Shown here: positions 50,435-60,876 of the stretch, one piece after another
Position numbering within the stretch: the stretch's first letter is position 1
Layout: the number at the start of each line of letters is the position of its first letter
Assembly: GCA_963813135.1 (NCBI GenBank)
Contig: CAWEXY010000021.1
Location: 64,001 to 128,000, forward strand
DNA length: 64,000 bases
Origin: an uncultured Verrucomicrobiae bacterium
Lineage (GTDB): Bacteria; Chlamydiota; Chlamydiia; Chlamydiales; Rhabdochlamydiaceae
Direction: 5' to 3'
Program-made: the position numbers and the translations under genes
Notes under the pieces: model-generated
What the model saw: the letters and a program-made list of their open reading frames with translations, nothing else
What the model was told of the DNA's origin: nothing
The model's database searches: none

Positions 50435-51022
50435 CTAATAATTTGATTTTAGCGCTTCTTCGGTAACATGCCCTTGGCATGTGCATTTTAAATGGACAGG
50501 CGGTTTTCCGAAGAATTTGAAAAACGCCTTCACCGTTGAGGGGCTTGTAAAGATAATCTCCTCAAATTGATCGAGGGGAGGCAGCGGAAACGGTATCTGC
50601 GGCACTGGATCGTAGAGGTCCCAGACTTTGTACCGCACGTTACATCTTTGCAAAAAATCATCGAGAAGATGGCGCGCTTTTGAAGAGCGAGGAAGCAGCA
50701 TATTTGCATTTGCAAGGTCGAGTTCTTGAAGAAGCTCTATGATTCCTTCTTGGGATTCATTTTGGGCAATGTGGGAGGGAGGAAGGCGTGAAGCCGTGGC
50801 TTGGCCGACAGCGATTAAGATTTTCGAGGAAAGATCAGAAAAGTGGGCTAGAAAAATCTCCACAGCGTTCTTGCTCGTGAAAATGATATGCGTGAACGTG
50901 GGAAAGATTTCATGAGCATTGTCGGGTAAGGGCCTTGGCTCAATGCGAATGATCGGATAATGGACATACTCAGCGGATGGACATTCTGTGCCAAGATAGA
51001 GCTTCATCGGGTATCGATGCAT
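50435..51022 (-). CDS. hemD: Uroporphyrinogen-III synthase
   Basis: IIFTSKNAV, AVG..TA, ESQEGI, IIFTSPSTV; follows hemC. Confidence 0.9.
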   Translation of the reverse strand: MHRYPMKLYLGTECPSAEYVHYPIIRIEPRPLPDNAHEIFPTFTHIIFTSKNAVEIFLAHFSDLSSKILIAVGQATASRLPPSHIAQNESQEGIIELLQELDLANANMLLPRSSKARHLLDDFLQRCNVRYKVWDLYDPVPQIPFPLPPLDQFEEIIFTSPSTVKAFFKFFGKPPVHLKCTCQGHVTEEALKSNY

Positions 51023-51675
51023 TTAAATATGTGATGCATTTCTTTGTCATCCTCACTTGCAATGATAGCAAGCTGACCTTGATGTGCGGCATTCGCTCCT
51101 TCTAATTTCATGCGGCGGCGGTGCGTAAGGCCGAGGCGGATGAGCGCGGCTTCGGCAATGACGAGCCCATCGAGCTTTCCTTCATCGACGAGAGCTATGC
51201 GCTGATCGATGTTGCCCCGCACATCGGCGCAGCGAAGATCGGACCTCCACGCACGGAGATTTTCTTCGCGGCGCTCCGAGGATGTCCCGATGAGGGCGCC
51301 ATTAGGCAGCGGCTCGACGTTGTACAGAAGAGAATCGGAAGGATCGACGCCTTGAGTAAGAGCAACGACAGCGAGTCCGGCTCGCAAAGGCTCAGGCAAG
51401 TCCTTGGCAGAATGAATCGAGATGCGAAAGAGCCCTTGCAATTGGAGTTCGTCGATTTCGCGGGTGAAAAAATCAGTTTTTTCGAGAGCGCGGAGTGATG
51501 TTTTTAAATCTTTATCGCCGGTCGTTGCAATCCAGTAAGGTTCGAACTCGATGTGCGGGTGGAACTGCGCGATCTCGCGATGGACTTCCCAGACCTGGGC
51601 TTGCGCGAGGCGGGAGGCGCGGGATCCGATTTTAAGAGGAGATGAGAGCATGAACGGCTTCCTCGACAAGTTCAA
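51004..51675 (-). CDS. hemC: Hydroxymethylbilane synthase (short chlamydial type)
   Basis: IGSRASRLAQAQ, TTGD, FTREID, HSAKDLP, GTSS.RR, RGNIDQR. Confidence 0.93.
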   Translation of the reverse strand: MNLSRKPFMLSSPLKIGSRASRLAQAQVWEVHREIAQFHPHIEFEPYWIATTGDKDLKTSLRALEKTDFFTREIDELQLQGLFRISIHSAKDLPEPLRAGLAVVALTQGVDPSDSLLYNVEPLPNGALIGTSSERREENLRAWRSDLRCADVRGNIDQRIALVDEGKLDGLVIAEAALIRLGLTHRRRMKLEGANAAHQGQLAIIASEDDKEMHHIFKCIDTR

Positions 51676-52996
51676 TGCCGATGAGTTCGATTTTGGGATT
51701 TGCAGAGAAACCTTTGAGGCATCGTTTGGGAAGGATAGCGGTCTTAAATCCCATGTTGATCGCTTCTTTGATGCGGCTTTCCACGCGCGGCACGCTGCGG
51801 ACTTCGCCGCCGAGGCCGACTTCGCCGATCACGACGGTGTCGGGATCGATGGGGCGACTACAGAAGGAAGAGGCGATCGCGAGGAGGATGCCGAGATCAA
51901 TGGCCGGCTCGACGATTTTCATGCCTCCGGCCACAGAGACGAAGACATCGGTGTGGTGCAGCGCGTACCCCATGCGCTTTTCTAGGACGGCGAGGAGAAG
52001 GGCGAGGCGGTTTTGATCGAGGCCCGTCGACTTGCGCGAAGAGGTGGCAAAAGAGGAGGCGGCAGCGAGCGCTTGCACTTCGATGAGAATGGAGCGTGTT
52101 CCTTCGATCGTGGGGATGATGACCGATCCGGGGATCTCTTTCTTGCGCTCTTGCAAAAAGGCCTCGGAGGGATTTTCGACTTCTTTGAGGCCTCCTTGGT
52201 CCATCTGGAAGAGGGCGATGTCGTCGGTGGGGCCGAACCGGTTTTTTACCGCGCGGAGCAAGCGATATCCATGCTGCCGGTCTCCTTCGAAGTCGAGCAC
52301 GGTATCAACGATGTGTTCGAGGACTTTGGGTCCCGCGATCTCGCCCGATTTTGTGACATGGCCGATGAGGAAGGTCGAGATGCCGAGACCTTTGGAGAGG
52401 TGCATGAACTCTGTGGCCAGTTCGCGCACTTGCGATACCGAACCCGGAGCAGAGGGAAGCTCGGCCTTATACATGATCTGGATCGAGTCGATGATGAGGA
52501 TGTCGGGCTTGAGGCGGTCGATCTGCGCTTTGATATGAGAAAAGTTCGTTTCGCTAAAAAGGAGGAGATTTTCGGCGGTGACATTGAGCCGCTGAGCGCG
52601 CAGCGATGTTTGCTCCACAGATTCTTCGCCGCAGACATAGAGGACGATGAGCCCTTGGGCCGCAAGCGCTTGAGAGATCTGGAGCATGAGGGTCGATTTT
52701 CCAATGCCGGGGTCTCCGCCGAGAAGGGTGAGGCTGCCGGCAACGAGTCCCCCGCCGAGAAGACGATCCACTTCGGGCATGCGCGTCATGATGCGGCGAA
52801 AGGCGTCGGAAGTGACTTCCTTTACGCGCATCGGCCGCGCGGGCTCGCGCACAGCGCCTTCAAAGCGTTTCTCCGTGGAGACTTCGATCTCTTCGACAAA
52901 CGTATTCCACTTTTGGCACATCGAGCAGCTGCCCGTCCACTTCGCTTGCCTATGGCCGCACTCTTGACAGCTCCAGCTTGTTTTCGTTTTAGCCAC
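51632..52996 (-). CDS. radA: DNA repair protein RadA/Sms
   Basis: CQECG..C..C zinc finger, GGDPGIGKSTL, KNRFG, GEVGLGGEVR. Confidence 0.98.
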   Translation of the reverse strand: MAKTKTSWSCQECGHRQAKWTGSCSMCQKWNTFVEEIEVSTEKRFEGAVREPARPMRVKEVTSDAFRRIMTRMPEVDRLLGGGLVAGSLTLLGGDPGIGKSTLMLQISQALAAQGLIVLYVCGEESVEQTSLRAQRLNVTAENLLLFSETNFSHIKAQIDRLKPDILIIDSIQIMYKAELPSAPGSVSQVRELATEFMHLSKGLGISTFLIGHVTKSGEIAGPKVLEHIVDTVLDFEGDRQHGYRLLRAVKNRFGPTDDIALFQMDQGGLKEVENPSEAFLQERKKEIPGSVIIPTIEGTRSILIEVQALAAASSFATSSRKSTGLDQNRLALLLAVLEKRMGYALHHTDVFVSVAGGMKIVEPAIDLGILLAIASSFCSRPIDPDTVVIGEVGLGGEVRSVPRVESRIKEAINMGFKTAILPKRCLKGFSANPKIELIGIELVEEAVHALISS

Positions 52997-53690
52997 GTTC
53001 CAACCTTTTCATTGCATCTTGGGCTGCGGCTTGCTCGGCCTGCTTCTTTGTCGAACCAGAACCTGCACCGAGCTCATTGCCATCGATCGTCGCCGATACG
53101 TAGAAAATTTTATTATGATCGGGACCCTCTTCTTTGAGGACGATATAGTGCGGAGGCTTCTGAAATTTTCTTTGAGAATAATCTTGCAGTTCCGCCTTCC
53201 AATTGCGGGAAGGGGCCTTGAGCATGCTTTTCACATCTTTCTCAAAGTGCTTCCAGAAAAATTTCGTCACGGTATCCAGGTCGCTATCGAGATAGACAGC
53301 GCCAATGAGCGCTTCAAAAAGGTCGGCCAAGATCGTCTCCCGTCCTTTTCCGGCATTCATCTGCTCTCCTTTCCCCAGAAGCACGTGCGGTTCCAATCCT
53401 AATTTTTGAAGATAGCGGACGCAGGATGATGCCTCGACCAAGTGAGCGCGCAAATGAGAGAGTTCGCCCTCGGCCTCGGTAGGAAGATGCTTATAGAGAT
53501 AATCGGAGATCATAAGGCCCAAGACCGAATCCCCCAAAAACTCGAGACGTTCATTGTGGCCGGAGACGAGCTCGCGATTTTCGTTGTAAAACGAACGATG
53601 GATAAAGGCGAGGACAAGTAAATTCTTATCCTTGAATGAATAGTCGATTTTTTCTTCGACACCGGCCATGTCGTCCCATAATTTCTGCAT
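52989..53690 (-). CDS. rnc: Ribonuclease III
   Basis: HNERLEFLGDSVL, ADLFEALIGA, dsRBD with KKQAEQAAA. Confidence 0.98.
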   Translation of the reverse strand: MQKLWDDMAGVEEKIDYSFKDKNLLVLAFIHRSFYNENRELVSGHNERLEFLGDSVLGLMISDYLYKHLPTEAEGELSHLRAHLVEASSCVRYLQKLGLEPHVLLGKGEQMNAGKGRETILADLFEALIGAVYLDSDLDTVTKFFWKHFEKDVKSMLKAPSRNWKAELQDYSQRKFQKPPHYIVLKEEGPDHNKIFYVSATIDGNELGAGSGSTKKQAEQAAAQDAMKRLERG

Positions 53691-53707
53691 AGGACGATAT
53701 TACACTA

Positions 53708-53873
53708 ACCTCGGTTTAATGTAAGGCATCTGGGAGGAGGCCATAGATTTTTGATGAGTTTTTGAAGTTCCCGAGGAAGGCCCTATGCGAAGCTGCATAG
53801 GACCGACGAGGGAAATACAAAAGATCGCAAAAAGATGGACCTGTTCATAGATGGATTACATTAAACTGGGGTT
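53708..53873. repeat. ~166-bp imperfect palindromic element
   Basis: Nested stems GTTTAATGTAA/TTACATTAAAC, CATCT/AGATG, TTCCC/GGGAA, CCTATGC/GCATAGG; core shared with 57823-57982. Confidence 0.75.
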
Positions 53874-53877
53874 ATAT

Positions 53878-53905
53878 TTGACCTTTGAGGCAATAGTGGT
53901 ATAAT
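53878..53905 (+). promoter_or_regulatory. sigma66/sigma70-type promoter with extended -10
   Basis: TTGACC-16 bp-TATAAT with TG extension, upstream of 53938. Confidence 0.6.
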
Positions 53906-53937
53906 GTTGGGTTAAAATAGCAACCGACTGTGAAATT

Positions 53938-54585
53938 GTGCAATTTGCGCTGACAAAAGACCACCAATTCTTCTTCACGAAGCATAAGTACATCGAATTT
54001 GAGGAGCTTTATTCTCCTGAAGTTTGCGCTTCTGCCAAAGAACTTCTTGACCGCATCGTGGAAAAACGGCTTAAAAAAATGATTGGGTCGCGAACGCCCG
54101 AAGAGATTTTTTCCGTCGGCCGCGATATGTGGCGGGATTACCCTAATTTGTCCCTGAGCCGACCAGCGGCTCAGCTGGCAGCGGAACTTTTCCATGCCAA
54201 GCAGCTGCGCATCGCCTATGATCAATACATCCGCACCATTCAGCCTATGAGCGCGCCGCTCAAAGAAGCCGCGACCCTGCAGCAGATCAGCTCTTTTCAG
54301 CCGATCGTCGGAGGCATCCTCGTCCGCCTCACGGCCGACCCCAAGGCCCCTCCTATGACGCCGCAGAGTGTCGGCAGCGGCATGTTCCTGGCCCCTGACT
54401 TAAGCCTGCCCTGGCCTGCCCTTTTCCAAAATCCCGACCAAGCATTTCTTCTCATCGTCTATGTGCCGCTCCGCAGCCGCTATGTGCTAGAGCCCCACGA
54501 CCCTCATACGCATGCTCTCAAAAAGCTCGGATATGGATTTGGCGATGCCATCCAAGACGCGACCCATCCCCTTCTCGTTCGTTGA
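53938..54585 (+). CDS. Conserved chlamydial protein, CT296/DcrA-like
   Basis: Divergent from rnc-radA-hemC as in Chlamydia; H..FF....YIEFE.L, GRD.WR, LRIAYDQ. Confidence 0.65.
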   Translation: MQFALTKDHQFFFTKHKYIEFEELYSPEVCASAKELLDRIVEKRLKKMIGSRTPEEIFSVGRDMWRDYPNLSLSRPAAQLAAELFHAKQLRIAYDQYIRTIQPMSAPLKEAATLQQISSFQPIVGGILVRLTADPKAPPMTPQSVGSGMFLAPDLSLPWPALFQNPDQAFLLIVYVPLRSRYVLEPHDPHTHALKKLGYGFGDAIQDATHPLLVR

Positions 54586-54720
54586 ACCTCCTTCGCCTAA
54601 AGGCGAAGGATTCCTGTTTCGACGCTCCCTCCAATGAGGGCAGCTCCACAGGCTTTTAAAACCGACATTCCGGTGGTTATGACTTGCGATGTCGTTGATC
54701 TTGCATTTTCCGTACCCCGT
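54582..54720 (-). mobile_element. Orphan IS200/IS605 (TnpB) right end / omegaRNA scaffold remnant
   Basis: Minus strand: ACCACCGGAATGTCGGT..AAGCCTGTGGAG..GTCGAAACAGGAATCCTTCGCCTTTAGGCGAAGGAGGTTCAA; no tnpB ORF. Confidence 0.7.
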
Positions 54721-55098
54721 TACTCTTTTAATGTCCTAGTGAGTAATCCTTTAGGTCAAATCGAGAGAAATGAATCTTGGTACAAAGAATGCGTAGCTCT
54801 AAAAACGAAATATAAAAAAGACGATGCTAACGCCGCTTCTGCTATCTGCAAACTGTTGGTGGCCCTCGATGATAACACCTATGGTGCAACGCAGGTGAAT
54901 ATCATATGCAAAGTGGCTAAACACAGACTAGAATTAATAGAGAAGTTCAAAGAAGAATATCTAAGAACCAACTTGCAAGAATTAAAAGGGATCATGGGAA
55001 AATACATATCCCAGCTCAACCCTTGCGAGATGGAGAATTCAAAAAAGCGAAAAAACACAGCAAACGATAACGGACCCAACAAAACACAGAAAAACTAA
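54634..55098 (+). CDS. Hypothetical protein; start uncertain because it lies within the IS remnant
   Basis: 154-aa ORF with a basic C-terminal tail. Confidence 0.45.
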   Translation: MRAAPQAFKTDIPVVMTCDVVDLAFSVPRYSFNVLVSNPLGQIERNESWYKECVALKTKYKKDDANAASAICKLLVALDDNTYGATQVNIICKVAKHRLELIEKFKEEYLRTNLQELKGIMGKYISQLNPCEMENSKKRKNTANDNGPNKTQKN

Positions 55099-55108
55099 GG
55101 ACCATCCG

Positions 55109-55822
55109 CTAATCGTCGCCCAGCCCTACGTCGGAACAACAAACGCTGCAAATTTGCGCGCAAGAAACAGGATCATTGCACAAGCACGTTGCCGGAGGAA
55201 GGGAGGGAGGATAAGGGGGCATTTCGCATGTGAGGTCTCCGAAGATCAATTGCTGAAAATAGACTGGCGCATAGGGCGCCGGACCCGGCGCGATGGGATA
55301 TGTCAGCACAAAAACCAAATCAAAACGGCAATCGGGGTACTTTTTTTGCGGGTCAGGGCAAGGGGGCGGAGGGGGGGCATTGCATGTGAACGGAACTCGA
55401 TATCCCAGCGCAGCGATTAAATCGTGAATGGAACTATGGTTCCAGCAAATCAGTATATTTTTCCCGTCATATTTTTCGTTGTTTAAGACGAGATCGGCCA
55501 TTTCGGTCACCTGGTAGCCGTTGTAGGGAATATGGATCGGCATGCTAAGGCACTGGGAGCGGCATCAACGTTTCAATCGTGCGGGGGAAACGGCGGTCGG
55601 AATCAGCACAGTCCGAGAGGCAAAAATCGCCGCAATCGGACCATTTTGCAGAAGGTAATCGGTTTGAGTTAAATAATACGCGAGAGCCGCAGCCCGTCCC
55701 ATCCCCTCCTCCGATATGCCGCGCGTCACAGGATCTTTCTCCGCATGGCGGATAACAATGATTTGAGCCGGCATCGCCGTCAAGGAAGCTGCACAACAAA
55801 GAATCAACCAAATCTTTTTCAT
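55109..55822 (-). CDS. Exported histidine phosphatase family protein with Cys/Pro-rich tail (frameshifted near 55.6 kb)
   Basis: Signal peptide, IIVIRHAEK, R.IET, ILICWNH. Confidence 0.7.
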
Positions 55823-55832
55823 TTATCTCCTT

Positions 55833-56830
55833 CTAAAAGTCATATCGCACGGAAAACGCCGCGCCGTTCAAAATCAAATTGCGGTCATGGCTCACGAGAT
55901 CGAACTCATCAGCCTTAAGCTCCAATTGATCAAAGAAAATGTGATATTCCCATCCCAACTTGAAAGTAAGGGCGAACCGCTGATTTGTGATGAATGTTTT
56001 CCATAAAACTCCTGCCCCTGCATCGAACATCCATCGGAATCCTTGTGGTCTCCTATGATGGTCATAACGGACGCTTTCCAAATAAGTTTCCCGCTGATGG
56101 AGGTCGAAAAAACCGTATTCTAGACTGCCGCTGACATTGCCATACAGCCTCCACCCTTTTCCCAGATTGACCTGCGGCTCTAGTCCTATTTGAGGGCCTA
56201 TTCCAAAAAAGTTGTTTTCCATATCCATATGATCGCCGCCGCAGTCGCTATCCAACCCGGGCAAATCGAGCCCATTTCGCAAAAATGCCGCCCTTGTACG
56301 TAATATCGACATCTTGATTGATCCATGCCAGGCGGAGGCCCGCAAAAGGCCTCAGAAAAAAAACCTTTCTTAAAACAAAGGCGCGTCCAAAGTCGATATC
56401 GAGCAGATTGAGGTGGAGCTTCCAATCCATTTTTGACTTAGCGACCCAATCAACAGGCAGAATATCATCGGCCAGAGACCAGACAGGGAACATGCCAAAA
56501 CCTAGATCGCCATTGTTGCTTCGTTTTTGATACAGAAGCATTAAAATAAGGGTCCAATTAACCGCCACATCCCATGTGCGCTTGTTAAAGATATATCCAA
56601 AACCGAGCCGATAGCCAAAGTCCCATTGGAAATTCGGGTTCACCATCGGCTCCTGCGTCACATCAGCTGTTGTATAGAGGTCCGTCTCTTTATTCGTCAT
56701 GGCGATTCTTCTTTCAGACGGGATGAAATAGAGCCAATCTGGCTGTAACCCAGAGATTATTTCCGTTTCTTAACTGAGGATAAAAAGAATCCAGAACTTG
56801 AGGCGGCGGCGCTTGCGTGTCGGACATCAT
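55833..56830 (-). CDS. MOMP-like (Lpg1974-type) porin, multiply frameshifted
   Basis: FQWDFGYRLGFGY, LRPFAGLR.AWINQ, FFGIGPQIG, GWEYHIFFDQ, C-terminal RYDF across three frames. Confidence 0.75.
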
Positions 56831-56929
56831 ATAAAGCCCATATTTTGTAATGCCCCCAATTTTGTAAACACAAATATAGGACGATAAATTAAGCTGTCTA
56901 ACGAGGAAAACACCAAAAAAGGAGTTTTT

Positions 56930-57749
56930 ATGGCAGCCGCGCCTCTTCAAACTCGATCATGCTTCACCGTCTTTTATAAGATTCCTACCGACGATCAATA
57001 CACTGCTCTCTATCAGTCGAAATTAGACCCATCCGAAATGCGCACAATAGAATTGTGCTTAAATGATCTCCGGGGGAAAAGATCAAAATAAATTTACATT
57101 TCTCCAGAACACTTTGAGAGACATTGCCCTATTTACAAATAGGTTTACGTACCTCCAAAAAGAATGTGAAAATGTACAAAAAGATATCTTAAGCGTATCT
57201 GAAACTGTCAAGATATTCGACTCGAGAATCGGCACAAAAGAACGATCTGCTTTAGAAAGAAGATTTATTGATGCTTTTAACAAACCTCCAGAAGGATCGA
57301 AACCAATCGTTCCTGATGTTCTTGTGATGAACAGTGAGGTTCGTATTCTAGAACAACAGAAAAAATCACGAAATAATAATTCGTTAAAACAACAGCCAAA
57401 ATCGATAGATGAACAACAGGAGCTCAGGACGTATTTTAGTTCAGACAAATCAAAACTCGAGGTAATAAATCGACTTTTCGCAGTCGTCCAGCAAAACCAG
57501 GCCGCACTCATTACAATTGAAAAACTTTATAAAGATTACAAAAAAACACAGACCGCTTTGCAAAAAGAAGTCAAATCTTACACTTCACCTTCAGAAGCAG
57601 AAGATCGAATTTTTTCAGTAACCTCTGCTAAAATTCAAATTAAAGAAGATTCTCCCCCAGAGATGAGCCCCGTTCCTGGTAAACTAAAACGAAACGTGTA
57701 CGTAACTACGACTACTTCACTGCAAAATAAAAAACAAAAAACAGAATGA
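56930..57749 (+). CDS. Hypothetical coiled-coil protein (5' part frameshifted)
   Basis: GGAG RBS and ATG at 56930; long frame 57063-57749. Confidence 0.5.
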
Positions 57750-57822
57750 AGACAGGCTAACCAAATTTTTTAAATTTATCACTTTCAATAAATATTTCCA
57801 TTCCCTTATGATGTCTCACCTA

Positions 57823-57982
57823 AGAGACTAGTCTTAAAACCTGAGGGTTTTAGAGATTTGAGAGGATTTTTTCGGAGATTTCGCGGGGCGGAGCCCATAG
57901 CAGCCGACGAAGGCCCTGTGTGTAGCTGCATAGGGTTGAGGAGGACGTGAAAGATCGAAGCCGTAGGTTTAAGACAGTCTCT
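57823..57982. repeat. ~160-bp palindromic element upstream of bioF
   Basis: Termini AGAGACT(A)GTCTTAAA / TTTAAGACAGTCTCT; core CCGACGAAGGCCCTGTG..GCTGCATAGG..GAGGAGG. Confidence 0.75.
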
Positions 57983-57994
57983 AAAGGTGAGAGC

Positions 57995-58881
57995 ATGGAA
58001 CTGGGCGTACCCCTTGATGGCCCCTACCTCCAATATCGCGGCAAAAAAGTCCTCGATTTTGCGTCGCACGATTTCTTGGGGCTCGCTCAGCATCCCGAAG
58101 TCAAAAAAAGCGCCATCCGCTATACCCTTAATTCGGCACGGGACTTCCCGTCCACCCCCTCTTTCTAGAGTCCCAGGCTCAGCTCGAACAAAAACTCGCC
58201 ACCTTTCTGGGCATGCCCCATGCCGCTTTTATTCTTCCAGTGAATGGCTCGCACCATGATTCCTGAAAAAACAATCTGGATCGATGCGCTTGAAAAAAAT
58301 ATCGCTCCGAAGAAAGGCTCTTGCTCTATCGATGAATCTGCCACGTTTGGTATAACCGGGAAAGAGGCCTGGCTCGCGCCGCCAAACAAAAAGGCTATGA
58401 TCATATTTTTGCATCGCTGACCAAGGGCGGAGGATGCAGCGCCGCGTTCGTAGCCTCTCAGAACGCTCTGACTAAAACACCCATCGCGGGCCTCTATGCT
58501 CGGCGCGCTGGACGCGATCCTGAATCATGCTCCCTGAAATGGACCAAGAACGCGCGCTTGTCCAAAAACACACTTCTCGGTCCGCGCAAGGAGCTAGAGG
58601 CGCAAGGCCTGAAGCCCGCCACCTCGATCCTTCCTGTCATGACGCTCAAGTTCAAGAATCCCGAAGACGCCAGCACTTTGTGGAAAATGTTCATCGACGC
58701 CGACATCTTGCTCGGACGTCCGTCCGAAAAAGAATTGTCGCTCACCATCACAGCGCTGCACACGCCCGACGATCTCGATCAGCTCGGGACCACGCTGCAA
58801 AGAGATTTTCGACGGGATGATTTAGCCGCTGTGATGCAGTCGCTGACCCCGACGCCACAAAGAAAATTCCCCGCAATCTGA
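57995..58881 (+). CDS. bioF: 8-amino-7-oxononanoate synthase-like class II PLP enzyme, multiply frameshifted
   Basis: GKKVLDFASHDFLGLAQHPEVK, IDES..FG..G, ILPV, ITALHTPDDLD; exact end uncertain. Confidence 0.65.
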
Positions 58882-60011
58882 ACGTCGCGGATACTCCGCT
58901 GCTATCTTTTTTTCCAGCGCGCCATCCGTTGAACGTGGCCCACCGTCATTTGAGGAAAGGCATTGACAGATATGTGTAACGAGAGTCGCTGCCGGTTTTT
59001 CTCTCTGGCTCCTAGTGATCGCGAAGCCCGCCATGCACATCCTTACAGTTCCTCGAACAAACGCCGTAAGACGCATTCTTCTTCGTGGCGGTTATGCTGA
59101 GGAAATGCCATCGAGTCGAAGATCATTCCTAGGAGCGGTGTTTTTCCAGCGATGAGACGATATACCCAAACCCTCTTTCGGCGCTACCTGACGCGTATAA
59201 CCGGAAGTGGACGAGCGTGATGCTTTTCATTTCGATCTCGAGGAGCTCAGGAAAAAAGTTTTCCGAGCACATGGCACGGCAATGCGCTGATCACATAATC
59301 GGATGAGATCTAATCCTTGATCAGTCTGCACAATGACTTTATCCGCTTGGAAAGCGACGCTCTGCACCTCTGTCCCTAAACGAAGCGAGGGGCGCAAACG
59401 ATCCTCCAAATGCATCGACGAGCGACTGCACGCCTCGTTGGAGCGCTACGAACGGCGGCCCTAAAAATTTCCGGCTGCTTCCACATCCCTTTCGTGAGCG
59501 ATCCATGCTCTTCTTCCCATTTTTTCATCGAAGGAAAACAAGCCCGGATCGAAAGATTGTGCATATCCCCGGCGTGGATGCCCAGCGTCATCGGATCGAA
59601 CATGTGCCAAGCAACGCCTTTCCGAATCGCCGACAGGCAAAATCATAATCGTCTCATCGTCATAGGAAGGAGGCGCCTTCCACTCCGATAACAGCTCTTT
59701 CGACAAGAGCCAGCGTCCATGCCGGCATGCGGCGCAGCTGGCCATCCTTCCAGAAATACCGGCGCAAGTTTTTCCGTTGCAGAAAATCACCTCGTCCATC
59801 AGCCCTAAATCTTCGATGAGATCGAGCAGCGCGGGGCATTTAGAGGTTTTGAACTTGTCGAGGCCCCCTCTCAAAAAAATCCTGTCGACGTATCGGTGGA
59901 AAGCCATCCCCCGACACGATGGGATTTTTCAAAGATAGTAACCTCAGCATGACGAAAAAAATATCCTGCGGCGAGCCCCGAAATCCCTCCCCCTAAAATC
60001 GCAACTTTCAT
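58800..60011 (-). CDS. hemY: Second HemY-type protoporphyrinogen oxidase, multiply frameshifted
   Basis: MKVAILGGGISGL, FDPMTLGIHAGD..LSIRACFP.MKKWE.EHGSL, GVGVSDCI; 3' boundary approximate. Confidence 0.75.
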
Positions 60012-60044
60012 AAGATTTCAAGTATTAACCGCCGCGATGAAATC

Positions 60045-60809
60045 GTGCAATTCTTAAAAGAGCTTCGAGAAACCATCATTTCGACTTTCGAGTCTTTGGA
60101 ACCTTATGCCAGGTTCGAACGCAAGCCTTGGCCCTACAAGGAGGAAGGCGGCGGCGAGATGGCCGTTTTACGCGGCGAAGTCTTTGAAAAAGCCGCCGTC
60201 AACTGGTCGGCATTTCCGGCAAAGTTTTCCCCATGCAAGACGGCGCAGGGCCTTTCTTCGCCACCGGCGTCAGCCTCATCACCCATATGCAAAATCCCCA
60301 TGCGCCCACCGTCCATATGAACTTTCGATATCTCGAGACAGAAAAGGAGCATTGGTTCGGCGGCGGCTACGATCGACGCCCATGGGATTTCCCTACGAAG
60401 AAGACACGCGCCATTTTCACAGCATCGCGGAAAAAACGCTGAGGCCCTTTGGGCAGCATCTCTATCCTCAGTTTTCTGCGGAGGCGAAAAAGTACTTCTA
60501 CATCCCCCACTGGAAAAAGAGCGCGGCGTCGGCGGCATTTTCTTTGACCATTTCAATACCGGCGATTTTGAAAAAGACTGCGCGATGTGGAAGGCCCTGG
60601 GCAGCAGTTTTCTAGAGACGATCATGCCCCTCTATCAACGGCGGATTTCACAACCCTTCACGCGGGAAGACAAAGAAAAGCAGCTCGAGCTGCGCGCCCA
60701 CTACGCCGAGTTCAATCTCGTGTACGACCGCGGAACGAAATTTGGGTTCATGTCAGGGGGCAATCCCGAAGCGATTCTTTGCTCGATGCCGCCGCTTGCC
60801 AAGTGGTAA
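60045..60809 (+). CDS. hemF: Oxygen-dependent coproporphyrinogen III oxidase, multiply frameshifted
   Basis: VFEKAAVNWS, FFATGVSLITH..NPHAPTVHMNFRY, WFGGG, YAEFNLVYDRGTKFG, SMPPLAKW. Confidence 0.92.
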
Positions 60810-60876
60810 AGTTCTTGCGAAATATCTAATACTGCAGCGATAATCTCAGAGAAAATTTCTGCCCAGGAGCGTTTCT

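Noticed and set aside
51004..51675. hemC pseudogene because of its short length
   Set aside because: Short HemC is normal in Chlamydiae, and the gene is coupled to hemD
52013..53137. 374-aa plus-strand ORF and other long ORFs antisense to radA, hemC, RND and GT4
   Set aside because: Shadow frames of GC-rich, codon-biased genes with no motifs of their own
53708..53873. 6S RNA or a unique riboswitch
   Set aside because: The core recurs at 57.9 kb, which favours a repeat family; no diagnostic motif seen; needs an Rfam scan
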